Part shown: piece by piece, positions 17,245 to 24,876 of the stretch
Layout: each line of letters opens with the position of its first letter
Numbering within the stretch: position 1 is the stretch's first letter
Origin: Candidatus Eiseniibacteriota bacterium
Lineage (GTDB): Bacteria; Eisenbacteria; RBG-16-71-46; SZUA-252
Length of the DNA stretch: 32,231 bases
Assembly: GCA_016880395.1 (NCBI GenBank)
Contig: JAEHDN010000162.1
Location: 1 to 32,231 of the forward strand
Direction: 5' to 3'
Notes under the pieces: generated by a model
Told to the model about the DNA's origin: nothing
The model's input: only the letters and a program-made list of their open reading frames with translations
Database searches by the model: none
Program-made: the position numbers and the translations under genes

Positions 17245-17531
17245 GCGAGTAGCGGAGGAAGTCGTGCGCTTGCGGGTCACGGTTGCGCCGAATAGTATGC
17301 AGGATATGGGCCTTCCGGACAACCCGGATTGGGGTGTGGAAGCTCTCTTATAGCTACCTAATTCACATGGAGTTACACTGCTGCGCCATATCCCCCGATG
17401 GGCGCCTGGCTGGGTCCGGCCTCGGGGCTGGGTGGTTTGGCGGATCGGGATGGTTTTTTCTGGGGGAATTCGCACACGACGGCCCGTCCCCGGATCGCCC
17501 TCCCCTCACACACTTCGTGGAGGATCCATCG

Positions 17532-18524
17532 ATGAGCGCACGGATCGGCGCCCTGACCCTGCTCGCACTGCTCGCGCTCCCCGCGTCCGCGGGGGCCACG
17601 TTCTCGATCGTCGCGCGCGATCCCGACACGGGGGACATCGGCGTGGCGGTGCAGTCCCACTACTTCGCGGTCGGGCCGATCGTGCCCTGGGCGGAGCCCG
17701 GCATCGGCGCGGTGGCGACGCAATCCCTCGTGGAGGTGAGCTACGGCCCGAAGGGGCTCGACCTGATGCGCAATGGAAAGACGGCGAAGGAGGCGCTCCA
17801 CGAGCTCCTGGCTCAGGACGACCACGCCGACGTGCGTCAGGTGGCGATGATCGACACGCGGGGCAACGTGGAGGGGTACACGGGCAAGCGCTGCATCGCG
17901 GACGCCGGCGACAAGCAGGGAGAGAACTACTCCGTCCAGGCGAACCTCATGGCGAACGGCAAGGTCTGGGGAGCCATGGCCCGAGGTTTCGAGGCGTCGA
18001 AGGGTGATCTCGCCGAGCGGCTCCTCGCGGCGCTCGAGGCCGGCCAGGCGGCGGGCGGAGACATCCGCGGCCAGCAGTCGGCGGCCATCGTGATCGTGAA
18101 GGGCAAGCGCTCGAGCCAGCCGTGGGCTGATCGGATCCTCGATCTTCGGGTCGACGACAGCCCGAAGCCGATCGCCGAGCTGCGCCGGCTCGTCACCCAG
18201 TGGCGCGCCTACCGCAACGTCGACCGGGGGGACGCGTTCGTGGCCGACAACAAGGTCGAGGACGCGATGAAGGCGTATGCCGAGGCCTCCCGGCTCGCCC
18301 CCGGCAACAACGAGATCCTCTTCTGGCAGGCCGCGACCCTCTGGAAGCTCGATCGGGAGAAGGAGGCGACTCCGATCTTCCGCAAGGTGTTCGCGCGGGA
18401 TCGCCGCTGGGTCGCGCTCGTCCCCCGGCTGGTTCCGCCCGGCCTCCTCGATGACGACCACCAGGACGTGAAGCGCATCCAGGCGCTCGCCCCGGCCGCC
18501 GCGGGTGCGAAGCGCCATCGCTGA
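17532..18524 (+). CDS. Secreted DUF1028-family (Ntn-hydrolase-like) protein with a C-terminal TPR-like extension
   Basis: ATG at 17532 follows GGAGGA. Signal peptide MSARIGALTLLALLALPASAGA, immediately followed by TFSIVARDPDTGDIGVAVQS, the hallmark N-terminus of DUF1028. Confidence 0.8.
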   Translation: MSARIGALTLLALLALPASAGATFSIVARDPDTGDIGVAVQSHYFAVGPIVPWAEPGIGAVATQSLVEVSYGPKGLDLMRNGKTAKEALHELLAQDDHADVRQVAMIDTRGNVEGYTGKRCIADAGDKQGENYSVQANLMANGKVWGAMARGFEASKGDLAERLLAALEAGQAAGGDIRGQQSAAIVIVKGKRSSQPWADRILDLRVDDSPKPIAELRRLVTQWRAYRNVDRGDAFVADNKVEDAMKAYAEASRLAPGNNEILFWQAATLWKLDREKEATPIFRKVFARDRRWVALVPRLVPPGLLDDDHQDVKRIQALAPAAAGAKRHR

Positions 18525-18644
18525 TCGGGCGCCGGCGGCGTTGCATCGAAATCGATAAACCGACAGAATACGGACGCTGGCGCTGCCTCGAGCCGCGCCG
18601 ACGCCGTTCGCCGCTACTTCGTCGCCGAGCACCCGGAGGAATCC

Positions 18645-19826
18645 ATGTCGGAGCGCACCGCGCCGCCGCCCGCCACGTCCAGCCCCACGCCGGCCATTCC
18701 GTACGTGCCCGGCCTCGACGGCGTGCCGGCCGCGAAATCGAGCATCTGCTTCATCGACGGCGACCAGGGAATCCTGGAGTACCGCGGGTACCCCATCGAG
18801 GCCCTGGCCGAGTCCAGCACGTTCGAGGAGACCTCCTACCTTCTCCTCTGGGGAAAGCTCCCGGCGCGCGCCGACCTCGACAAGTTCACGCGCGACATGG
18901 CGACGAACCGGGACGTGCGCTTCCGGCTGATCGATCTCCTCAAGTGCCTCCCCGACACGGGGCACCCCATGGAGGCGCTCCAGGCGTCGATCGCGGCGCT
19001 CGGGATGTTCTATCCGGACCGCGACGTCGACAAGCCCGAGGACCGGTACAACTCCGCCGTGCGGATCATCGCGAAGGCGACGACCCTCGTGGCCGCGTAC
19101 TACCGGCTCAGCACCGGCCGGGACTACATCCCACCCAAGGACGATCTCTCGCACGCCGCGAACTTCCTCTACATGCTGACCGGCGAGGATCCCGAGCCGG
19201 ACGTGGCACGCGTGATGGACATCTGCTTCATCCTCCACGCCGAGCACTCCATGAACGCGTCCACCTTCGCCGGCCGGGTCACCGCCTCGACTCTGGCCGA
19301 TCCCTACACGGTGGTCTCGTCGGCGATCGGAGCGCTCACCGGCCCGCTCCACGGCGGCGCCAACGAGCAGGTGATCCACATGCTCCAGCGGATCGGCGAG
19401 GCGGAGAAGGCCCGCCCCTACATCGAGGACCTGATCGCCCGGAAGCAGAAGATCATGGGGATCGGGCACCGGATCTACCGCGTGAAGGATCCGCGCGCAC
19501 TCGTGCTCCAGAAGCTCGCCTCGCAGATGATCGCGAAGCGGGGCGGCGATCCGCTCCTCGTCGTGGCGCAGGAGGTCGAGAAGGTGGTGGCCGAGCACCT
19601 GGGCGCGAAGCGCATCTACCCGAACGTGGACTTCTACTCGGGCGTGGTCTACACGGCGATGGGCCTTCCCCCCGCGCTCTTCACGCCGATGTTCGCCGTC
19701 GCTCGCATCTCGGGCTGGCTCGCGCACTGGATCGAGCAGCTCCAGGGGAACCGCATCTACCGTCCGGACCAGATCTACACCGGCACCCACAACGAGCCGT
19801 ACGTGCCCGTGGAGGAGCGGGTCTAG
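18645..19826 (+). CDS. gltA: Citrate synthase
   Basis: 393 aa. Contains GPLHGGANE, GIGHRIYRVKDPRA, and the NVDFYSG and ISGW blocks. RBS GGAGGAATCC lies before the ATG. Confidence 0.9.
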   Translation: MSERTAPPPATSSPTPAIPYVPGLDGVPAAKSSICFIDGDQGILEYRGYPIEALAESSTFEETSYLLLWGKLPARADLDKFTRDMATNRDVRFRLIDLLKCLPDTGHPMEALQASIAALGMFYPDRDVDKPEDRYNSAVRIIAKATTLVAAYYRLSTGRDYIPPKDDLSHAANFLYMLTGEDPEPDVARVMDICFILHAEHSMNASTFAGRVTASTLADPYTVVSSAIGALTGPLHGGANEQVIHMLQRIGEAEKARPYIEDLIARKQKIMGIGHRIYRVKDPRALVLQKLASQMIAKRGGDPLLVVAQEVEKVVAEHLGAKRIYPNVDFYSGVVYTAMGLPPALFTPMFAVARISGWLAHWIEQLQGNRIYRPDQIYTGTHNEPYVPVEERV

Positions 19827-19843
19827 CCGGGCGCCCACGCGCC

Positions 19844-20653
19844 GTGTGCACACTCCTGATCGGCATCGACGTCCTCGGCCCAGGGACCGCCGTGATCGGC
19901 GCGAACCGGGACGAGTCTCCCGAGCGCGCCACGGCGGGCCCGGGCGTTCTCGTCCCGACCCCGCGCGTCGTCGGCGGGCGTGACCTCGTGGCCGGTGGCA
20001 CCTGGCTCGCCGTGCGCGAGGGGCGGTTCGTCGCGGCCCTCATGAACCGACGGCCACGCCCTGGCGATCCCACCGAGTCCCTCCGCTCCCGCGGCCTTCT
20101 CTGCCTCGAGACGGCCGCCTCCGCGCCGCTCGACCAGCCCGCTCGCATCGATCCCGCGACCGGCGAGCAACGCCCGGCCGCATGGGATGCCGCGCTTCGG
20201 CGACTCGGTGACCAAGCCTATGCGCGCTGCACGCTCGTGGGGATCGACCCCGACCTTGGATCCTGGGCGGTGGCGGGAGGCGCCGGCGAGGCGCCGCGCG
20301 GCGTGGCGATTCCGGCCGGGTGGCACGCGATCACCCACGGCGAGCTGGACGATCCCGACGAGCCGCGCACGAGGCACATGATCGCGAGGCTCGAGGGACA
20401 GCGTCCCGGCGGCGTGGATGGGGCACTCGACCTCCTCGCTTCTCTCCTGCGCGGCCACGGCGAGGACGGCTCGCCGCCGGTCTGCATCCACCGGGACCGC
20501 TTCCCCACCGTGTCGAGCACGCTGCTCGCGCTGGGCGCGCTCGACCGGCCGCGCTACCTTCACGCCGATGGCCCGCCCTGCGTCACGGAGTACCGCGACC
20601 ACTCCGCACTGCTCTGCGCGGACGCCGAGTCCGATCCGGGGGAACGACCATGA
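19844..20653 (+). CDS. NRDE-family protein (TANGO2 homolog)
   Basis: GTG start gives (M)CTLLIG, then the literal GANRDE motif. Lies 17 nt downstream of citrate synthase. Only the tail of track ORF 18944..20653 is coding. Confidence 0.8.
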   Translation: MCTLLIGIDVLGPGTAVIGANRDESPERATAGPGVLVPTPRVVGGRDLVAGGTWLAVREGRFVAALMNRRPRPGDPTESLRSRGLLCLETAASAPLDQPARIDPATGEQRPAAWDAALRRLGDQAYARCTLVGIDPDLGSWAVAGGAGEAPRGVAIPAGWHAITHGELDDPDEPRTRHMIARLEGQRPGGVDGALDLLASLLRGHGEDGSPPVCIHRDRFPTVSSTLLALGALDRPRYLHADGPPCVTEYRDHSALLCADAESDPGERP

Positions 20654-21225
20654 CTGCTCCATCCCACGATCTCACCCTCATCTCGTTCTACGTCTACCTC
20701 GTCCTCTTCTTCCTGGTGGAGCGCTTCCTCACGCGCTCGACCCTGGGCACGTCCGGCCGGGGCGATCGGGATCCGCTCACGCCGCTCTTCTTCGTGATCC
20801 CCGCCATCGGGATCTTCACCTGGATGTTCCTGATGCATCGCGCGCTCCCGCCCCATCCGACGTGGCTCCAGTATGGCGCGGGGCTGGTGCTGGGACTCGG
20901 GGGCATGGCCATGCGCATCGCGGGCAAGCGGACGCTCGGACGCATGTTCACGGTGCGGGTCCAGATCCAGGAGGACCATCGAATCGTGGACACCGGGCTC
21001 TACGCCCGCGTGCGCCATCCCCTCTACACGGGATTCATCCTCGAGTGGATGGCGCCGCCGCTCCTCCTGGGGAGCCCTGTCGGGTTCCTCCTGCTCACCC
21101 TGCCCCTCGCCATCGTCATCCTGCTGCGCATTCCGAGGGAGGAGGAGCTCCTGATCGAGGCGTTCGGGGACGACTACCGCGCGTACATGGCGCGGACCAA
21201 GCGGCTGATCCCGGGGATCTGGTAG
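20650..21225 (+). CDS. Isoprenylcysteine carboxyl methyltransferase (ICMT/PEMT) family membrane methyltransferase
   Basis: ATG overlaps the NRDE stop (ATGA). Polytopic. Contains GLYARVRHPLYTGFILEW and EEELLIEAFGDDYRAYMARTKRLIPGIW. Confidence 0.85.
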   Translation: MTAPSHDLTLISFYVYLVLFFLVERFLTRSTLGTSGRGDRDPLTPLFFVIPAIGIFTWMFLMHRALPPHPTWLQYGAGLVLGLGGMAMRIAGKRTLGRMFTVRVQIQEDHRIVDTGLYARVRHPLYTGFILEWMAPPLLLGSPVGFLLLTLPLAIVILLRIPREEELLIEAFGDDYRAYMARTKRLIPGIW

Positions 21226-21231
21226 GCGAGG

Positions 21232-21660
21232 TCAGCTCTCGCCGACGTCCAGCTCGGCGTGAACCTCCACCTGATCAGGCGCCAGGAGCCCTTGCTCTCC
21301 CGTCGCCTGGAAGAGCACGCGCGCGGCCAGCGGCGCGGGGCCAGGGAGGCAGCCCGCTTCGACCGTGAGCGGCACGCGGATCGCGATCGTTCCAACGTAG
21401 GCACGCACGCGCCCGCCACCGAGCGGATCCATGGAGTCCTCGGGCGCGCTCATCTCCCCCGGCGTGAGTCCCTCGGCCAGGCCGAGCTGGATCGTGGTCG
21501 CCATGGCCGAGCTCGGCGGCGCGTCCACGGATTCGATCCGGAAGCCTGGCTCGACACGAACGGTGAGGGTCACATCGAGCCGCTCGCCTCGCCGGACGCG
21601 GCGGTGCGGCGCTTCGAGCGAGACGGTCACGGGAGAGCGCGCGTTCCGGGCGAGGATCAC
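21232..21660 (-). CDS. Hypothetical protein, weakly DsbC/DsbD-N-terminal-domain-like (Cys-less)
   Basis: 142-aa ORF with coding-like G/C at codon position 3. The beta-rich pattern (VTVSLEAP..LDVTLTVRVEPGFRI...VPLTV...ARVLFQATGEQGLLAPDQVEVHAELDV) is reminiscent of PF11412-type domains, but it lacks the usual Cys pair and has no evident signal peptide. Confidence 0.45.
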   Translation of the reverse strand: MILARNARSPVTVSLEAPHRRVRRGERLDVTLTVRVEPGFRIESVDAPPSSAMATTIQLGLAEGLTPGEMSAPEDSMDPLGGGRVRAYVGTIAIRVPLTVEAGCLPGPAPLAARVLFQATGEQGLLAPDQVEVHAELDVGES

Positions 21661-21713
21661 GCTCGCTCCATCCTGGTCGTGGCCGGCATCGCGCGAGCGT
21701 ACACTACCCTGCG

Positions 21714-22097
21714 ATGACCCACCGGACCCGGACGATCCTCGCTCTGACGCTGGCGCTCGCGATGGCGGCGACCGCCGTCTCCTGCCGCAAAGGCCGCCGC
21801 CTTCGCCCCGTCCGCACGGTCGCCCTCAGGATGAGCGGCTACGCGTTCAATGAAACGAATCCGATCCTCACCTTCCGGACCGGGGAGCGGGTCCGCTTCG
21901 TCCTCACGAACGACGAGACCACCATGATCCGGCACAACCTCCGCGTGGCCGAGCTCGGCGTGCCGTGCGACTACGAGCTGGGGCCGGGCGAGAGCCGCGT
22001 GGTGATCGTGACCATGCCCGACCGGCCGGGCGTGTTCGCCTACGACTGCTGCACCCATCGGGGCATGGGCGGGACGCTCGTCGTCACGGATCGGTAG
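21714..22097 (+). CDS. Cupredoxin-fold lipoprotein (amicyanin-like type-1 copper site)
   Basis: Signal peptide with lipobox (LAMAATAVSC). Candidate ligands are His in MIRHNL and C-x2-H-x2-M in YDCCTHRGMGGTLVV. Confidence 0.7.
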   Translation: MTHRTRTILALTLALAMAATAVSCRKGRRLRPVRTVALRMSGYAFNETNPILTFRTGERVRFVLTNDETTMIRHNLRVAELGVPCDYELGPGESRVVIVTMPDRPGVFAYDCCTHRGMGGTLVVTDR

Positions 22098-22131
22098 GGG
22101 GCCGGAGATCGAGGCTGGTCGGCAGTGAAAC

Positions 22132-22162
22132 GGGCGGCCCGGCGCGCCTGGCCGGACCGCCC
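22132..22162. terminator. GC-rich hairpin between convergent genes (candidate bidirectional terminator)
   Basis: GGGCGGCCCGGC-GCGCCTG-GCCGGACCGCCC, with 11 of 12 stem positions pairing. No clear U-tract. Confidence 0.35.
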
Positions 22163-22196
22163 ATTGAACGAGCCGTCGCGCTCGATCGCCCGCGCG

Positions 22197-22970
22197 TCAG
22201 CCTGTCTTCTTCGTGGTCGACTTGGCCGTGCTCTTCTTGGCCGTGGTCGACTTCTTGGCGGACGCGTTGGCCGCAGCACGCACGCCCTTCTCCTCGAGCA
22301 CCTTCTGCATCGTGCCCGACATGTCGTTCTCGATCGACAGGACGTAGGAATTGGCGTCCGGGAACAGCATCGTCACCTTCTCCGTCACCGGCTTGTCCTG
22401 CACCATGTACGTGGTGAAGAGCGAGAGCGTGTTGTCGGTCGGGTAGGTGCCGTAGTAGACGAACGCGGCCGGCATCATGGTGTCGGTCCAGATCATCTGG
22501 TACTGCTTCTTCTGCGTGTCGTAGCCCCACGTGGAGCGCCCGTCGAAGGGCTTCCCCATCATCTTCATCTGGTGCTTCCCCTCCAGATGCATGCCACCGA
22601 ACGCCCATCCATAGGTGGACTTGCCGGCCGACTCGGACGCGGGGCCCATCGGGCTCTCGTAGACGTGGACGGTCGAGTTCCAGGTGCCGACCAGGGGCGC
22701 GAGCTTCTTCAGGTCCGCGGGCGGGCCCTCCGGCATCGCGAGGACCGCGGCCTTGGGCTGGGCGTTGGACACGGGCGCCGGCGCGGCCTCGGTCGCGGGC
22801 GGCTGCGTCGTGGCCGCCGGAGGCGTCGTGGCCGCCGGGGGCGTGGTTACCGCTGGGGGCGTGGTGGCCGGGGGTGTGGTCGTGCCCGGCGAGGTCTGGG
22901 CGAGCGCGCCCATGGGCGCCGCGGCGAACAGGAACGCGGCGAGAAGCAGGAGAACGAAACGAACCATCAT
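22197..22970 (-). CDS. DUF1579-domain secreted protein with a Pro/Thr linker and a Lys/Ser/Thr-rich tail
   Basis: ATG-ATG at 22970/22967, 4 nt after GGAGG. Signal peptide MMVRFVLLLLAAFLFAAAPMGALA. DUF1579 core (LVGTWNS..., GGMHLEG..., MMGKPFDGRSTWGYDTQKKQYQMIWTDTMM). Confidence 0.8.
   Translation of the reverse strand: MMVRFVLLLLAAFLFAAAPMGALAQTSPGTTTPPATTPPAVTTPPAATTPPAATTQPPATEAAPAPVSNAQPKAAVLAMPEGPPADLKKLAPLVGTWNSTVHVYESPMGPASESAGKSTYGWAFGGMHLEGKHQMKMMGKPFDGRSTWGYDTQKKQYQMIWTDTMMPAAFVYYGTYPTDNTLSLFTTYMVQDKPVTEKVTMLFPDANSYVLSIENDMSGTMQKVLEEKGVRAAANASAKKSTTAKKSTAKSTTKKTG
22807..22890 (-). repeat. Imperfect 15-18-nt tandem repeats encoding the (T/A)TPPA(A/V)T linker
   Basis: Five units: gtcgtggccgccggaggc, gtcgtggccgccgggggc, gtggttaccgctgggggc, gtggtggccgggggt, gtggtcgtgcccggc. 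Confidence 0.7.
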
Positions 22971-23119
22971 GTGCCTCCGGGAAAGAAGTGGCAGGTAGGA
23001 CCCCCATCGCATGAACCCCGGAAGGGTACCCCGCGCTCCCTTCGGCTTCAATCGGGAGATGTCAACGCGGTCCCGGATGCTCGCCAAGCCGCGGACGGGC
23101 GTCGTGCTAAGCTCGCTGG

Positions 23120-24046
23120 ATGAATGGGCTTCCCAACGAGCCGGCGATCGCGGCGCGGGACCTGTGCAAGGCCTACTCCGGCGTGGACGCGGTCCGCGGC
23201 GTGTCCTTCGACGTGGCCCCAGGCGAGGTGGTCGGGTTCCTCGGTCCGAACGGCGCGGGCAAGACCACGACGGTACGCATGATCTCCTGCTTCCTTCCCC
23301 CGACCTCGGGCTCCGCTACGGTCTACGGCGTGGACGTCCGCTCGCGCCCGCGCGATGTGAAGCGGATGCTCGGCATCTGCCCGCAGGAGGACAATCTCGA
23401 CCCGGACTTCGACGTCCTGAAGAACCTCCTCGCGTACGGCCGCTACTTTGGCATCCCGGGACGGGAGATCCGGGCGCGCGCCGAGAGGCTCCTCGACTTC
23501 GTGCAGCTCGGCGACCGCAAGAAGAGCGCGGTCCAGGAGCTGTCGGGCGGGATGAAGCGGCGGCTCGTGCTCGCGCGCGCGCTCCTCAACGAGCCTCGCG
23601 TGCTCATCCTCGACGAGCCGACGACCGGGCTCGATCCGCAGGCGCGGCACGCGATCTGGACACGCCTCCGCGGCCTCCGCGCGACCGGCGTCACGGTGCT
23701 CCTCACGACGCACTACATGGAGGAGGCCGCGCAGCTCTGCGACCGCGTGATCGTGGTCGATCACGGTCGGGTCCTGATGGACGGGTCGCCGGCCTCGCTC
23801 GTGGAGCGGGAGGTCGGACACACGGTGGTCGAGGCGTGGAACTATGAGCCCACCTTCGCCGCGTTCCTCGGCTCGCTCCCCGGCCGCCTCGAGGAAGTGG
23901 GCGACCGGCTCTACTTCTACCCCGCCGCCGGAGACCACGTGGAGCGGCTGCTCGACGAGCGCTTCCCCGGCCAGGAGAGGCTGATCCGGCGGGCCACGCT
24001 CGAGGACGTGTTCCTGAAGCTCACCGGCCGGGCGCTCCGGGACTGA
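23120..24046 (+). CDS. ABC transporter ATP-binding protein (DrrA/NodI-like, ABC-2 type exporter)
   Basis: Walker A GPNGAGKTT, signature LSGGMKRRLVLARAL, Walker B LILDEPTTGLD. Confidence 0.9.
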   Translation: MNGLPNEPAIAARDLCKAYSGVDAVRGVSFDVAPGEVVGFLGPNGAGKTTTVRMISCFLPPTSGSATVYGVDVRSRPRDVKRMLGICPQEDNLDPDFDVLKNLLAYGRYFGIPGREIRARAERLLDFVQLGDRKKSAVQELSGGMKRRLVLARALLNEPRVLILDEPTTGLDPQARHAIWTRLRGLRATGVTVLLTTHYMEEAAQLCDRVIVVDHGRVLMDGSPASLVEREVGHTVVEAWNYEPTFAAFLGSLPGRLEEVGDRLYFYPAAGDHVERLLDERFPGQERLIRRATLEDVFLKLTGRALRD

Positions 24047-24051
24047 CGGCC

Positions 24052-24840
24052 ATGCGCTCGACCCTCCGCAACCTTTCGTTCCGCGCGCTGCGCGTCTGGC
24101 AGCGCGATGCGGACGTCTACTTCACGACCTGGAAGACGGAGTTCCTACCACCCCTCCTCGAGCCGATCCTCTACGTCCTCGCCTTCGGGCTCGGCCTCGG
24201 CCAACTCATCCACCACGTGGTGTACAACGGCCACGCGCTCGGGTATCTCGAGTTCATGGCCCCCGGCATCGTCGCGGTGGCGATCATGTTCTGGTCGTTC
24301 TTCGAGTCGACCTTCGCGTCCTACGTGCGCATGTACTACCAGAAGACCTTCGACGCGATCCTCGCCACGCCGCTGCTGGTGGAGGACGTCATCCTGGGCG
24401 AGCTCCTCTGGGCGACCTCGAAGGCGATGATCGCCGCGACCATCATGCTGGGCGTGCTGGGGGCGCTCGGCCTGGTCGCGTGGCCGACGGGGCTCTGGGT
24501 CGTGCCGATCGCGTTCTTCGGAGGGCTCCTCTTCTCGGCGATCGGCCTCCTCTTCACTTCGATGGTGAAGACGATCTCGCAGTTCAACGTCCCGATGTTC
24601 ACGATCATCATGCCGATGTTCACCTTCGGCGGGACCTTCTTCCCGATCGACATCCTCCCCCGCTGGGCTCTCGCGGTGGCGTGGTGCCTGCCGCTCACGC
24701 ACGTCGCCTTCCTCACGCGGTCCGCGATCCTGGGAGACGCGAGCCCTCACCTCTGGGTGAGCGCGGTGTACGTGGTGGCGGCGAGCCTCGCGCTCGCCGC
24801 GGTCGCGCTCGCGCGCATGAAGCGACGGCTCGTGCCGTAG
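24052..24840 (+). CDS. ABC-2 type transporter permease
   Basis: 262 aa with six hydrophobic segments. Lies 5 nt downstream of the ATPase gene. Confidence 0.85.
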   Translation: MRSTLRNLSFRALRVWQRDADVYFTTWKTEFLPPLLEPILYVLAFGLGLGQLIHHVVYNGHALGYLEFMAPGIVAVAIMFWSFFESTFASYVRMYYQKTFDAILATPLLVEDVILGELLWATSKAMIAATIMLGVLGALGLVAWPTGLWVVPIAFFGGLLFSAIGLLFTSMVKTISQFNVPMFTIIMPMFTFGGTFFPIDILPRWALAVAWCLPLTHVAFLTRSAILGDASPHLWVSAVYVVAASLALAAVALARMKRRLVP

Positions 24841-24854
24841 ACAGGCCGCAACGC

Positions 24855-24874
24855 GTCGGGGGATCGCCCCGGAC
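24855..24874. terminator. Short GC hairpin between convergent genes
   Basis: GTCGGGGGATCGCCCCGGAC, centred on GATC, with one bulge. Weak. Confidence 0.25.
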
Positions 24875-24876
24875 GA

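Noticed and set aside
17303-17393. Possible tRNA or tRNA-like element, suggested by the terminal 8-bp GGATATGG/CCATATCC pairing.
   Set aside because: The span is 91 nt. It has no GTTC-type T-loop, no D-arm geometry and no U8/A14-type positions. The internal stems do not fit a cloverleaf.
18555-18566. ATCGA-AA-TCGAT inverted repeat upstream of citrate synthase, considered as an operator.
   Set aside because: The arms are 5 bp each and there is only a single copy. This is not distinguishable from chance.
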